Shown piece by piece: positions 39,351-48,316 of a DNA stretch of 64,000 nucleotides; the stretch's first letter is position 1; the number at the start of each line of letters is the position of its first letter. Location: contig JACCZY010000046.1 in NCBI GenBank assembly GCA_013695685.1, forward strand, positions 5,464 through 69,463, written 5' to 3'. The notes beneath the pieces were generated by a model that saw only the letters and a program-made list of their open reading frames with translations, searched no databases and was not told the DNA's origin. The translations under genes and the position numbers were made by a program. Source of the DNA: Geodermatophilaceae bacterium. GTDB taxonomy: Bacteria > Actinomycetota > Actinomycetes > Mycobacteriales > Geodermatophilaceae.

Positions 39351-40847
39351 GTGACGTCGCCACAGCGGGCTACGGCGCTGCCGGACTGGCTTGCCGGCGC
39401 CCTCGTCTTTCTGGCCTCCGCCGCCGTACTTGTCCTGGAGATCGTCGGGCTGCGGCTGGTCGCGCCGTACATCGGGATCACCCTGGAAACCAGCAGCGCC
39501 ATCATCGGCATCGCTCTCGCCGCGATCGCAGCCGGCGCGTGGACCGGCGGCCGGCTCGCCGACGAGACCGACCCTCGGCGGCGGCTGGGGCTGTTGCTGA
39601 TCGCCGGCGGAGCGCTGATCATGCTCGTGCCGCCGGTGGTGGCCCGGGCGGGTCAGGAGCTGACCGGTGCCGGAGCCGGCGGTGTGCTGCTGCTCGCGGG
39701 GCTGGCTGTCTTCGCTCCGGCGGCGGTCCTGTCCGCGGTCCCGCCGATGGTCGTCAAGCTTCAGCTGGCGAGCCTGTCGAAGACCGGCACGGTGGTCGGC
39801 CGGTTGTCCGGGGTCGGCACCCTCGGGGCGATCGCCGGAACCTTTCTCACCGGCTTCGTGCTCGTGGCGATCGCGCCGAGCAGCGTGATCCTGGTCGCGA
39901 CGGGCGGCGTGCTCCTGCTCTGCGGTGCCGGGTTGTCGTTCTATCTGCATGAGCGCGCCCCGATCCGGCCCGCCGTCGTGACGTTCCTCGTCGGCGTGCT
40001 CATCGCCGGGCTGACCGTGTTCGGGTCGCGGCTGTGCGACGTGGAGACCAGGTACCACTGCGCACGTGTCGTCACCGATCCGGACCGGTCGACCGGCCAG
40101 CTGCTGCTCCTGGACACCCTTCGGCACAGCTACGTCGACGCCGCGGATCCGACGTACCTGGAGTTCAACTACGTCACCGCGATCGCGTCCCTGGCAGACG
40201 TCATCGCCCCGGCCGGCGAGCCGCTCGCCACCTTGCACATCGGCGGCGGCGGGCTGACCCTTCCGCGCTACCTCGCGGCCACCCGCCCGGGCGGGCGCAA
40301 CGTCGTACTGGAGATCGATCCCGGCGTGGCCGAGATCGCCCAGGGACTGCAACCGCCGACCGGCCCCGATCTGGAGCTGCGCGTCGTCGACGGGCGGGTC
40401 GGGCTCGGCCAGCAGGCCGAGGAGTCCTTCGATCTGGTGGTCGGCGACGCCTTCGGTGGCCTGTCCGTCCCCTGGCACCTGACCACCCGTGAGACGGTGC
40501 AGGAGGTACGCCGGGCGCTGCGGCCGGACGGCGTCTACGCGCTCAACGTCATCGACTACCCGCCCGGGGACTTCGCCCGCGCGGAGATCGCCACGGTCAT
40601 GAGCGTGTTCGACCACGTCGCGGTGATCGGAACCGCGGGGGCGGTGGACATGAGTGTCGGCGGCAACTACGTGATCCTGGCCGCAGCGCAGGAACTGCCC
40701 CTGACGGAGATCGCCGGCCGGCTGGACCAGCGTGGATCGCTGCTGCAGATCCTGGCCGGCGACGAGCTGGCACAGCTGGTGGCGGACAGCCCTGTGCTCA
40801 CTGACGACTACGCGCCGGTCGACCAGTTGCTGACGCCGTACCGGTAG
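39351..40847 (+). CDS. Fused polytopic membrane / spermidine-synthase-like (class I methyltransferase fold) protein
   Basis: About 7 N-terminal TM helices, then LHIGGGGLTLPRY, VVLEIDPGV and VVGDAF motifs of the spermidine synthase family. Confidence 0.75.
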   Translation: MTSPQRATALPDWLAGALVFLASAAVLVLEIVGLRLVAPYIGITLETSSAIIGIALAAIAAGAWTGGRLADETDPRRRLGLLLIAGGALIMLVPPVVARAGQELTGAGAGGVLLLAGLAVFAPAAVLSAVPPMVVKLQLASLSKTGTVVGRLSGVGTLGAIAGTFLTGFVLVAIAPSSVILVATGGVLLLCGAGLSFYLHERAPIRPAVVTFLVGVLIAGLTVFGSRLCDVETRYHCARVVTDPDRSTGQLLLLDTLRHSYVDAADPTYLEFNYVTAIASLADVIAPAGEPLATLHIGGGGLTLPRYLAATRPGGRNVVLEIDPGVAEIAQGLQPPTGPDLELRVVDGRVGLGQQAEESFDLVVGDAFGGLSVPWHLTTRETVQEVRRALRPDGVYALNVIDYPPGDFARAEIATVMSVFDHVAVIGTAGAVDMSVGGNYVILAAAQELPLTEIAGRLDQRGSLLQILAGDELAQLVADSPVLTDDYAPVDQLLTPYR

Positions 40848-40888
40848 AGGGTCACCGGCAGCACGGTGGGTGTCGTTAGCCTCAACGC

Positions 40889-41974
40889 GTGCCCACCCCC
40901 CTGACGCCCGAGACGATCCTGCTGGCCCCCAAGGTGCTGCTGCACGACCATCTCGACGGAGGCGTCCGGCCGGACACCGTCCTGGAACTGGCCGCCGAGA
41001 GCGGACACCAGTTGCCGGCCGCGGACGTCACGTCGCTGGAGCAGTGGTTCCGCGAGTCCGCGGACTCCGGGTCGCTGGAGCGCTATCTCGAGACGTTCGT
41101 CCACACCGTCGGGGTCATGCAAACCCGCGAGGCGCTGGTCCGGGTGGCTGCCGAGTGCGCCAAGGACCTGGCCGCCGATGGCGTGGTGTACGCCGAAGTC
41201 CGCTACGCGCCCGAGCTGCACGTCGAGGGCGGACTGCTGCTCACCGACGTCGTGGAGGCCGTGCTGGAGGGCTTCGACGCCGGCACCCGGGCCGCGGCTG
41301 AGCAGGGCGACACCATCCGGATCGGGACGCTCTTGACGGCGATGCGGCACGCCGCCCGGTCCCGAGAGATCGCCGAACTCGCTGTGCGCTACCGCGACGA
41401 CGGCGTGGTCGGCTTCGACATCGCGGGAGCGGAGGCCGGCTTCCCGCCGACCCGTCACCTCGACGCCTTCGAGTACCTGCGCCGGGAGAACGCGCACTTC
41501 ACGATCCATGCGGGCGAAGGCTTCGGGCTGCCCTCGATCTGGGAGGCCCTGGCGTGGTGCGGTACCGACCGGCTCGGGCACGGCGTACGGATCATCGACG
41601 ACATCAGCGCCGCGGAGGACGGCACGGTACGGCTCGGACGGCTCGCGCAATACGTCCGGGACCGCCGAATACCGCTGGAGATGTGCCCGTCGTCCAACGT
41701 CCAGACCGGGGCGGCGGCGTCCATCGCCGAGCATCCGATCGGCCTGTTGCGGCAGCTGTCGTTCCGCGTCACCGTCAACACCGACAACCGCCTGATGAGC
41801 GGCGTGTCCATGAGTTCGGAGATGGCGGCCCTGGTCGAGGCGTTCGGCTACGGCTGGGACGACCTGCAGTGGTTGACGCTGAACGCGATGAAGTCCGCGT
41901 TCATCCCCTTTGACGAGCGGCTGGAACTGATCAATACGGTGATCAAGCCGGGATACGCCACACTCAAGGCCTGA
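40889..41974 (+). CDS. add: Adenosine deaminase
   Basis: [16 protein letters not shown] and [11 protein letters not shown] metal and catalytic motifs. 361 aa. Confidence 0.95.
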   Translation: MPTPLTPETILLAPKVLLHDHLDGGVRPDTVLELAAESGHQLPAADVTSLEQWFRESADSGSLERYLETFVHTVGVMQTREALVRVAAECAKDLAADGVVYAEVRYAPELHVEGGLLLTDVVEAVLEGFDAGTRAAAEQGDTIRIGTLLTAMRHAARSREIAELAVRYRDDGVVGFDIAGAEAGFPPTRHLDAFEYLRRENAHFTIHAGEGFGLPSIWEALAWCGTDRLGHGVRIIDDISAAEDGTVRLGRLAQYVRDRRIPLEMCPSSNVQTGAAASIAEHPIGLLRQLSFRVTVNTDNRLMSGVSMSSEMAALVEAFGYGWDDLQWLTLNAMKSAFIPFDERLELINTVIKPGYATLKA

Positions 41975-41995
41975 GCTTCCTGCATCCGGTCCGAC

Positions 41996-42043
41996 GTGAT
42001 CATGGGATACGGCCGGTTATCACCGGCAATACTCCATGATCAC
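41996..42043. terminator. Inverted repeat between convergent add and alpha-glucosidase genes (possible bidirectional terminator)
   Basis: GTGATCATGG (41996-42005) pairs with CCATGATCAC (42034-42043), with an inner GCCGGttatcaCCGGC hairpin. Locally AT-richer, with no clear U-tract. The distal arm covers the glucosidase stop codon. Confidence 0.35.
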
Positions 42044-43746
42044 GAGGCGAGCGTCCGGCGGTAGATGCGGGCTTCCCACGGGCGAAGCCGCAGCCCCTCG
42101 ACGACGTCCGGGTAGTTGCCGAGCACCAGTTCACTGACCGCCCATTCCGCGGCATCCGGGACCGCCGCGTCGGCCTTTGCGGGGGAGAAGTTCGCCACCA
42201 CCAGCAGCGCTACGTCCTCGAGCCGGCGGATGAAGGCGTAGACCCGCTCGTCGTCGGGCAGCAGCATCGTGAAGTCGCCGACGGCGACAACCGGCTCGTG
42301 GTGCCGCAGCTCGATCAACCTGCGGTAGTGGTGCCACACCGAGGACGGGTCGGCCGTCGCGGCGGCGGCGTTGATCTCGGTGCGGTTGGGATTCACCGGT
42401 ATCCACGGCGTTCCGGTGGTGAATCCCGCGTGCGCTGAGGGGTCCCACTGCACCGGCGTACGCGCGTTGTCGCGGCTCTTCACCCGCAGGGCTGCGAGCA
42501 CCTGATCCGGCGGAGTCCGGCGCACGCCGATCTCGTACGCGTAGTGGTTGAGCGATTCGATGTCGCGGTAGTCGTCGATGGCCTGGAAGGGGGCGTTCGT
42601 CATCCCCAGTTCCTCACCCTGATAGACGTACGGCGTACCGCGGTGCAGGTGCAGGACGGTGCCCAGCAACTTCGCCGACTCGACCCGGTAGCGCCCGTCG
42701 TCGCCGAAGCGGGAGACGACCCGCGGCTGGTCGTGGTTGTTCCAGTAGAGGCTGTTCCAGCCCTTCTCGGCCAGCGCGGCCTGCCAGCGTCCCAGCGACG
42801 CCTTGAGATCGGTCAGCCGCAGTGGCCGGTGGTCCCACTTGGACAGGCCGTGGTCGAGACCCACGTGCTCGAACTGGAAGACCATGTTCACCTCGCCGCG
42901 GGCGGGATCGGTGAAGAGCACCGCATCCTCGACCGTGACGCCGGGCATCTCGCCCACCACGAGCAGCCGCTCGGCGTGCTCGGCGAAGACCTCGCGGTGC
43001 ATCTCCTGGAGGAACTCGTGCACCCTGGGACCGCTGATGTACGACGATGAGCCGTCGCCGAGGAGACCGTCGGGCAGCCGGGGGCCGTCCGGCAGCGCGA
43101 CATCCTTGGAGATGAAGTTGATGACGTCCATCCGGAAGCCGTCGACGCCGCGGTCGAGCCACCACCGCATCATCGTGTAGACGGCCTGACGCACCTGCGC
43201 GTTCTCCCAGTTGAGGTCGGGCTGCGTGCGGGAGAACAGGTGCAGGTAGTACTCACCGGTCGCATCGTCGAGTTGCCAGGCCGAGCCGGAGAACAGCGAC
43301 ACCCAGTTCGTCGGCTCGGCACCCGGCGTCCCGACCTCGAAGCCGTCGCGGGCCGGCCGCCACCAGTACCAGTCGCGTTGTGGGCTATCCACCGCGGATC
43401 GTGACTCGGTGAACCACGGATGCTTGTCCGAGGTGTGGTTGACGACGAGGTCCATCACCAGTCGCATACCGCGCCGGTGCACCTCGGTAAGCAGCGCGTC
43501 GAATTCCGGCAACGTGCCGAACACCGGGTCGACGCCCTGGTAGTCGCTGATGTCGTAGCCGTTGTCGTCCTGCGGCGACGGGTAGATCGGAGACAGCCAG
43601 AGCACGTCGACGCCGAGATCGGCCAGGTAGTCCAGTTTGGTGGTGATGCCGGCGAGATCGCCGATCCCGTCGGCGTTCGAGTCGGCGAAGCTGCGCGGGT
43701 AGATCTGGTAGACGACGGCGGATGTCCACCAGGGGTCGGGTGTCAG
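42040..43746 (-). CDS. GH13 alpha-glucosidase / oligo-1,6-glucosidase family enzyme with an apparent non-canonical CTG start
   Basis: Conserved GH13 regions: YQIYPRSF, DGIGDL, VMDLVVNHTS, GFRMDVINF, VGEM and YWNNHDQPR. The first in-frame ATG/GTG/TTG (43605) would delete the first barrel strand. A CTG at 43744-43746 overlaps the upstream stop (CTGA) and gives a normal-looking N-terminus, (M)TPDPWWTSAVVYQ. Confidence 0.8.
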   Translation of the reverse strand: MTPDPWWTSAVVYQIYPRSFADSNADGIGDLAGITTKLDYLADLGVDVLWLSPIYPSPQDDNGYDISDYQGVDPVFGTLPEFDALLTEVHRRGMRLVMDLVVNHTSDKHPWFTESRSAVDSPQRDWYWWRPARDGFEVGTPGAEPTNWVSLFSGSAWQLDDATGEYYLHLFSRTQPDLNWENAQVRQAVYTMMRWWLDRGVDGFRMDVINFISKDVALPDGPRLPDGLLGDGSSSYISGPRVHEFLQEMHREVFAEHAERLLVVGEMPGVTVEDAVLFTDPARGEVNMVFQFEHVGLDHGLSKWDHRPLRLTDLKASLGRWQAALAEKGWNSLYWNNHDQPRVVSRFGDDGRYRVESAKLLGTVLHLHRGTPYVYQGEELGMTNAPFQAIDDYRDIESLNHYAYEIGVRRTPPDQVLAALRVKSRDNARTPVQWDPSAHAGFTTGTPWIPVNPNRTEINAAAATADPSSVWHHYRRLIELRHHEPVVAVGDFTMLLPDDERVYAFIRRLEDVALLVVANFSPAKADAAVPDAAEWAVSELVLGNYPDVVEGLRLRPWEARIYRRTLAS

Positions 43747-44990
43747 TCGTGCCAGCGCAGGCAGGAGGAGATCTGGGCAACTACCTCATGCCACTGCTCG
43801 GCGAGAACGGCAACCTCGGACTCCGCCGGCCGCTCGTCGTCATCGTCGCCGTTCTGGACGTCCGCCATCGCCGCACCGAGTTCGGTGTCGGGAGCGAGCA
43901 GGTCGCTCACCCGCTCGAGGTGGCAGTACTCGGCCAGATCCAGGGCCGCCTCCCCGACCTGGCCGAGCAGGGCGACATCCCAGTGATTCGCCGTACCGTC
44001 GAGCATGTCGGTGACCTGCCCGAAGTCGTAGCTGTCTTCATCGGCCGGAATGGGGTCGGCGTCGGCTTCCACGACCGCGCCCCACGTCGCCAGCGCCGCC
44101 AGATCGTTCGGTTCACCCTCCTCGACGAAGCTGGACAGGCCGTCGGCGGACCGGAAGACATCAACGGTCAGTTCGCGGCCGAGGAACCGCGCGGTGTCCT
44201 CGACGTAACAGCGCAGGGTCAGACCGCTGCCCTCGGCGAAGGCCAGCCGAACGGGCAGGATGCCCACGCTCTCCCAGAACTCTGTGGCCGCCCGGGATTG
44301 CTCGGTGCTGTCCTCCACCCCCACGAGCGCGCCGCCACGCAACACTGTTGCCCCCACTACATCGTCGATGGAGTCGTCGTCGGTTTCGTCGGCTTCCTCC
44401 TCGTCGTCGTCGGGGAGCTCGACCGGCTCCACCCAGTGCAGGGCACCCGACAGCGCCTCCAGCACCGGTTCCCAGTGCTCGGCGAGACCTTCGGCAACCT
44501 CCATCCACGCCTTGTCCCCCGCGCGCGTGCTGAACACCTCGTGGCCGCTGTCCAGCAACCCGAGGCCAGGAATCTTCCTGAGGTGGTCCTCGACCGCCTC
44601 GACGTCGCAGCAGTCGGCCATCCGCTCGACCATGTCGACGGCGTCCGCGAGCTCACCGACCGACCACCGGTCAGGGCCACCGGTGGCGAGGTCGTACACC
44701 GCGTCGAGGTCGAAGACGTAGTCGTCGTCGGGCACCAGCTGGCGCTTCGACCAGGTCAGCACGGCGGGCCACGCGGGGTGGTCATCGAGGTCGTGCTCGG
44801 TGTCCATGCCGAGGAAGTGGATCAGCTGGGCGGGCGTGGTGAACAGGTGGATCCGCCCGCCGGTCCCGAGGAACGCCTGCCACTCCTCGCCGTCCTCCTC
44901 CCACGGCGGGGCCCAGAGCGTGTAGCCGGTGCGTTCGTCCAGCACCACAGCGATCGGCACGATGCTCTCGGCTGGCAGGTTGTCGTCCAT
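43743..44990 (-). CDS. Highly acidic hypothetical protein built from two homologous halves
   Basis: 415 aa, with Asp/Glu in great excess over Lys/Arg. Internal repeat: DDDYVFDLDAVYD...AEHWEPVLEALSGALHW versus EDSYDFGQVTDML...AEQWHEVVAQISSCLRW, joined by the linker PDDDEEEADETDDDSIDD. TGATG overlap with the upstream gene (alternative ATG at 45011). Confidence 0.6.
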   Translation of the reverse strand: MDDNLPAESIVPIAVVLDERTGYTLWAPPWEEDGEEWQAFLGTGGRIHLFTTPAQLIHFLGMDTEHDLDDHPAWPAVLTWSKRQLVPDDDYVFDLDAVYDLATGGPDRWSVGELADAVDMVERMADCCDVEAVEDHLRKIPGLGLLDSGHEVFSTRAGDKAWMEVAEGLAEHWEPVLEALSGALHWVEPVELPDDDEEEADETDDDSIDDVVGATVLRGGALVGVEDSTEQSRAATEFWESVGILPVRLAFAEGSGLTLRCYVEDTARFLGRELTVDVFRSADGLSSFVEEGEPNDLAALATWGAVVEADADPIPADEDSYDFGQVTDMLDGTANHWDVALLGQVGEAALDLAEYCHLERVSDLLAPDTELGAAMADVQNGDDDDERPAESEVAVLAEQWHEVVAQISSCLRWHD

Positions 44991-45874
44991 CACACGCCCA
45001 TCGGATGCCATACGGTCTTGGTCTCCAGCCACGCGGTGAGGCGGAGCAGCCCTGGATCGGAGGTCCAGTCCGGTTCGCCGGCTCGCAGCACCCGCTTGAT
45101 GTTGTCCGCGGCGCTGCGTTCCAACTCGACTGCCTGTTCCGGGTCGCCGCCGCAGAGGTCGATGGCGTTGACGTCGCGGTGCTCGGCCAGCCACGGTGCC
45201 AGTTCCGCCGTCCGTCCCGTCAGGATGTTCACCACGCCGGCGGGTACGTCGGAGGTCGCGAGCACCTCGCCCAGGACGACAGCCGGCAGCGGCCGGTCCT
45301 CGCTGGCGAGAACCACACACGTGGATCCGCCCGCGAGTACCGGAGCCACGACGCTGACGAGGCCGAGCAGTGCCGAGCGCTGCGGCGCGAGGACCGCCAC
45401 GACGCCGGTGGGCTCGGGTACCGACAGGTTGAAGTAGGGGCCGGCAACCGGGTTGGCGTTGCCCACGACCTGGGCGATCTTGTCCGTCCAGCCGGCGTAC
45501 CAGACCCAGCGGTCGATCGCAGTGTCTACTGTGGACTGAGCTACCCGGGCAGTGACGCCTTCGGCTGCGGCCACTTCAGCGGCGAACTGCTCACGCCGGC
45601 CTTCCATGACCTCGGCCACGCGGTACAGCACCTGCCCGCGGTTGTACGCCGTGGCACCTGCCCAGCCGGGAAACGCCTTGCGGGCGGCAACCACGGCGTC
45701 GCGGGCGTCCTTGCGCGAACCCTGTGCGGCGTTGGCCAGAAAGCTGCCCTTGCCGTCGACCACGGCGTAGGTCCGGCCCGACTCGGAGCGGGGGAACGCG
45801 CCGCCGACGTACAGCTTGTACGTCTTGCGGACGTCGAGTCTGGAGGTCGCTGGCCTAGGCACCGGGGCCGCCAC
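44990..45874 (-). CDS. Truncated aldehyde-dehydrogenase-like protein (cofactor-binding half only)
   Basis: Aligns by eye to the first ~290 residues of the adjacent ALDH (YKLYVGG vs YGLFIGG; PAGVVNILTG vs PPGVVNIVTG). It ends before the ELGGK Glu and the catalytic Cys region. Confidence 0.7.
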   Translation of the reverse strand: MAAPVPRPATSRLDVRKTYKLYVGGAFPRSESGRTYAVVDGKGSFLANAAQGSRKDARDAVVAARKAFPGWAGATAYNRGQVLYRVAEVMEGRREQFAAEVAAAEGVTARVAQSTVDTAIDRWVWYAGWTDKIAQVVGNANPVAGPYFNLSVPEPTGVVAVLAPQRSALLGLVSVVAPVLAGGSTCVVLASEDRPLPAVVLGEVLATSDVPAGVVNILTGRTAELAPWLAEHRDVNAIDLCGGDPEQAVELERSAADNIKRVLRAGEPDWTSDPGLLRLTAWLETKTVWHPMGV

Positions 45875-47303
45875 GGGTCAGGTACGCCGCGAGGCCCTGT
45901 CGGCCGCCTTCGCGACCGAAGCCGGACTCCTTGTAGCCGCCGAACGGCGAGGTCGGGTCGAACCGGTTGAACGTGTTGGCCCACACGACGCCCGCGCGGA
46001 GCCGGCCGGCCATCCAGAGGATCCGGGAACCCTTCTCGGTCCAGACGCCCGCGGACAGGCCGTACGGCGTGTTGTTCGCCTTGGCCACCGCCTCCTCCGG
46101 GGTGCGGAACGTGAGGACGGTCAACACCGGGCCGAAGATCTCCTCCTGCGCGATCCGGCTGGACTGGCCGGCGCCGGTGAACAACGTCGGCGGGAACCAG
46201 AAGCCGTGCTCGGGCAGCTCGCACGGCGGTGACCACCGCTGCGCCCCCTCGGATTCGCCGACGTCGGACAGCTCGCGGATGCGGGCCAGCTGGGCGGCGG
46301 AGTTGATGGCGCCGATGTCGGTGTTCTTGTCCAGCGGATCGCCGAGCCGCAGTGTCCCCAGTCGTCGCCGCAGCGAGTCGAGCACCTCGTCGTACACGTT
46401 CTCCTGGACCAGCAGCCGGGAACCGGCGCAGCAGACGTGGCCCTGGTTGAAGAAGATGCCGTTGACGATGCCCTCGACCGCCTGGTCAATGGGTGCGTCG
46501 TCGAAGACGATGTTGGCGGCCTTGCCGCCCAGCTCCAACGTGGCCTTCTTGGGGGTTCCTGCGATCGCGCGGGCGATGGCCTTACCGACCTCGGTCGAGC
46601 CGGTGAACGCGACCTTGTCCACGTCCGGGTGTTCGACGAGCGCCCGCCCGGTCTCTCCGGCGCCGGTGACGATGTTCACCACGCCCGGCGGCAGGTCGGC
46701 CTGCTGGCAGATCTCGGCGAAGAGCAGTGCCGTCAGCGGCGTGGTCTCCGCCGGCTTCAGTACGACGGTGTTGCCGGCGGCCAGGGCCGGGGCGATCTTC
46801 CAGGACAGCATGAGCAGCGGGAAGTTCCACGGGATGATCTGTCCCGCAACGCCGAGCGGGCGCGGCGCCGGGCCGAGACCGGCATAGTCGAGCTTGTCCG
46901 CCCAGCCGGCGTAGTAGAAGAAGTGTGCGGCAGCGGTGGGCACGTCCACGTCCCGCGACTCGCGGATCGGCTTGCCGTTGTCCAGTGACTCCAAGACCGC
47001 CAGTTCGCGAGCCCGTTCCTGGACGATGCGGGCGATCCGGTACAGGTACTTACCCCGCTCGGCCGGGGCGAGCCGGCCCCAGACACCGGTGTACGCCCTG
47101 CGGGCCGCCTTGACCGCTCTGTCCACATCGGACGGTCCGGCCTCGCTCACCTCGGCCAGCACCTCCTCCGACGAGGGGCTGATCGTCTTGAACGGCGTGC
47201 CGTCCGTCGCGTCGGTGAACTCCCCGCCGATGAACAGGCCGTACGACGCCTTGATGTCCACAATGGCGCGGGACTCCGGAGCTGGGGCGTAGTCGAAGGG
47301 CAC
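45855..47303 (-). CDS. NAD(P)-dependent aldehyde dehydrogenase
   Basis: IPWNFP, VLKPAE, GSTEVG, catalytic LELGGKA and FFNQGHVCCAGSR. The GTG start lies 5 nt after the deoC stop. Confidence 0.9.
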   Translation of the reverse strand: MPFDYAPAPESRAIVDIKASYGLFIGGEFTDATDGTPFKTISPSSEEVLAEVSEAGPSDVDRAVKAARRAYTGVWGRLAPAERGKYLYRIARIVQERARELAVLESLDNGKPIRESRDVDVPTAAAHFFYYAGWADKLDYAGLGPAPRPLGVAGQIIPWNFPLLMLSWKIAPALAAGNTVVLKPAETTPLTALLFAEICQQADLPPGVVNIVTGAGETGRALVEHPDVDKVAFTGSTEVGKAIARAIAGTPKKATLELGGKAANIVFDDAPIDQAVEGIVNGIFFNQGHVCCAGSRLLVQENVYDEVLDSLRRRLGTLRLGDPLDKNTDIGAINSAAQLARIRELSDVGESEGAQRWSPPCELPEHGFWFPPTLFTGAGQSSRIAQEEIFGPVLTVLTFRTPEEAVAKANNTPYGLSAGVWTEKGSRILWMAGRLRAGVVWANTFNRFDPTSPFGGYKESGFGREGGRQGLAAYLTRGGPGA

Positions 47304-47308
47304 GTCGC

Positions 47309-48250
47309 TCAGTCCAGGGTGATGTAGTCGGGGCCTGAGTAGTGCCCGGTGGCCAGTTTCTGGCGCTGCAGCAGCAGGTCGTTCAGCAACGTAGACGCTC
47401 CGAACCGGAACCAGTCGGGCGAGAGCCACTCCTCACCGACGGTCTCGTTCACCATGACGAGGTGGCGGATCGCGTCCTTGCTGGTGCGGATGCCGCCGGC
47501 CGGCTTGACGCCGACCTGCCGTCCGGTGCTGGCGCGGAAGTCGCGGACCGCCTCGAGCATCACCAGCAGCACGGGGAGGGTGGCGGCGGGTGAGATCTTG
47601 CCGGTGGAGGTCTTGATGAAGTCGGCATCGGCGAGCATGGCCAACCAGGCGGCCCGCCGTACGTTGTCGTACGTCGCCAGCTCCCCGGTCTCCAGGATCA
47701 CCTTGAGGTGTGCCGGGGCGGAAGCCTGCTTGACCGCGACGATCTCCTCGAACACCTGCAGGTAGCGGCCGGACAGGAACGCGCCCCGGTCGATCACCAT
47801 GTCGATCTCGTCGGCACCGGCCGCGACCGCATCCTTGGTGTCGGCGAGCTTGACCGTGAGGCTCGCCCGGCCGGACGGGAAGGCGGTGGCGACGGCGGCG
47901 ACGTGGACGCCGCTGTCTCCGAGTGCTTCTTTGGCTGTAGCGACGAGGTCGCCGTACACGCAGACCGCTGCGACCTGCGGGGTAGTCGGGTCGCCCGGGT
48001 CCGGCCGGCGGGCCTTGGCGCAGAGGTTGCGCACCTTGCCGGGGGTGTCGGCACCCTCGAGCGTGGTCAGATCGATCATCGAAATGGCGGTGTCGATGGC
48101 CCACTGCTTGCTGGTGGTCTTGATCGAGCGCGTCGACAGCATCGCGGCTCTTGCCTCGGCGCCGACCTGGTCGACTCCCGGCAGGCCGTGCAGGAAGGCT
48201 CGCAACGACGCGTCGTCCCGGCTGACGTCGGGAAGGGTGCCGGTGCTCAT
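47309..48250 (-). CDS. deoC: Deoxyribose-phosphate aldolase (long actinobacterial form)
   Basis: Class I aldolase with Schiff-base Lys region FIKTSTGK, VKPAGGIR, and EIDMVI. Confidence 0.9.
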   Translation of the reverse strand: MSTGTLPDVSRDDASLRAFLHGLPGVDQVGAEARAAMLSTRSIKTTSKQWAIDTAISMIDLTTLEGADTPGKVRNLCAKARRPDPGDPTTPQVAAVCVYGDLVATAKEALGDSGVHVAAVATAFPSGRASLTVKLADTKDAVAAGADEIDMVIDRGAFLSGRYLQVFEEIVAVKQASAPAHLKVILETGELATYDNVRRAAWLAMLADADFIKTSTGKISPAATLPVLLVMLEAVRDFRASTGRQVGVKPAGGIRTSKDAIRHLVMVNETVGEEWLSPDWFRFGASTLLNDLLLQRQKLATGHYSGPDYITLD

Positions 48251-48316
48251 GTGGCCGGAGTCTAGGCCACCGACGGGTCGGTTCGGCCCGCACCGAGGGC
48301 GCTAGGGTCTGGCCTC

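Noticed and set aside
34934-40888. Mobile genetic element or genomic island call for the accessory block
   Set aside because: I found no integrase, transposase, tRNA attachment site or flanking direct repeats. It is reported only as a synteny-break hypothesis, not as a mobile_element feature.
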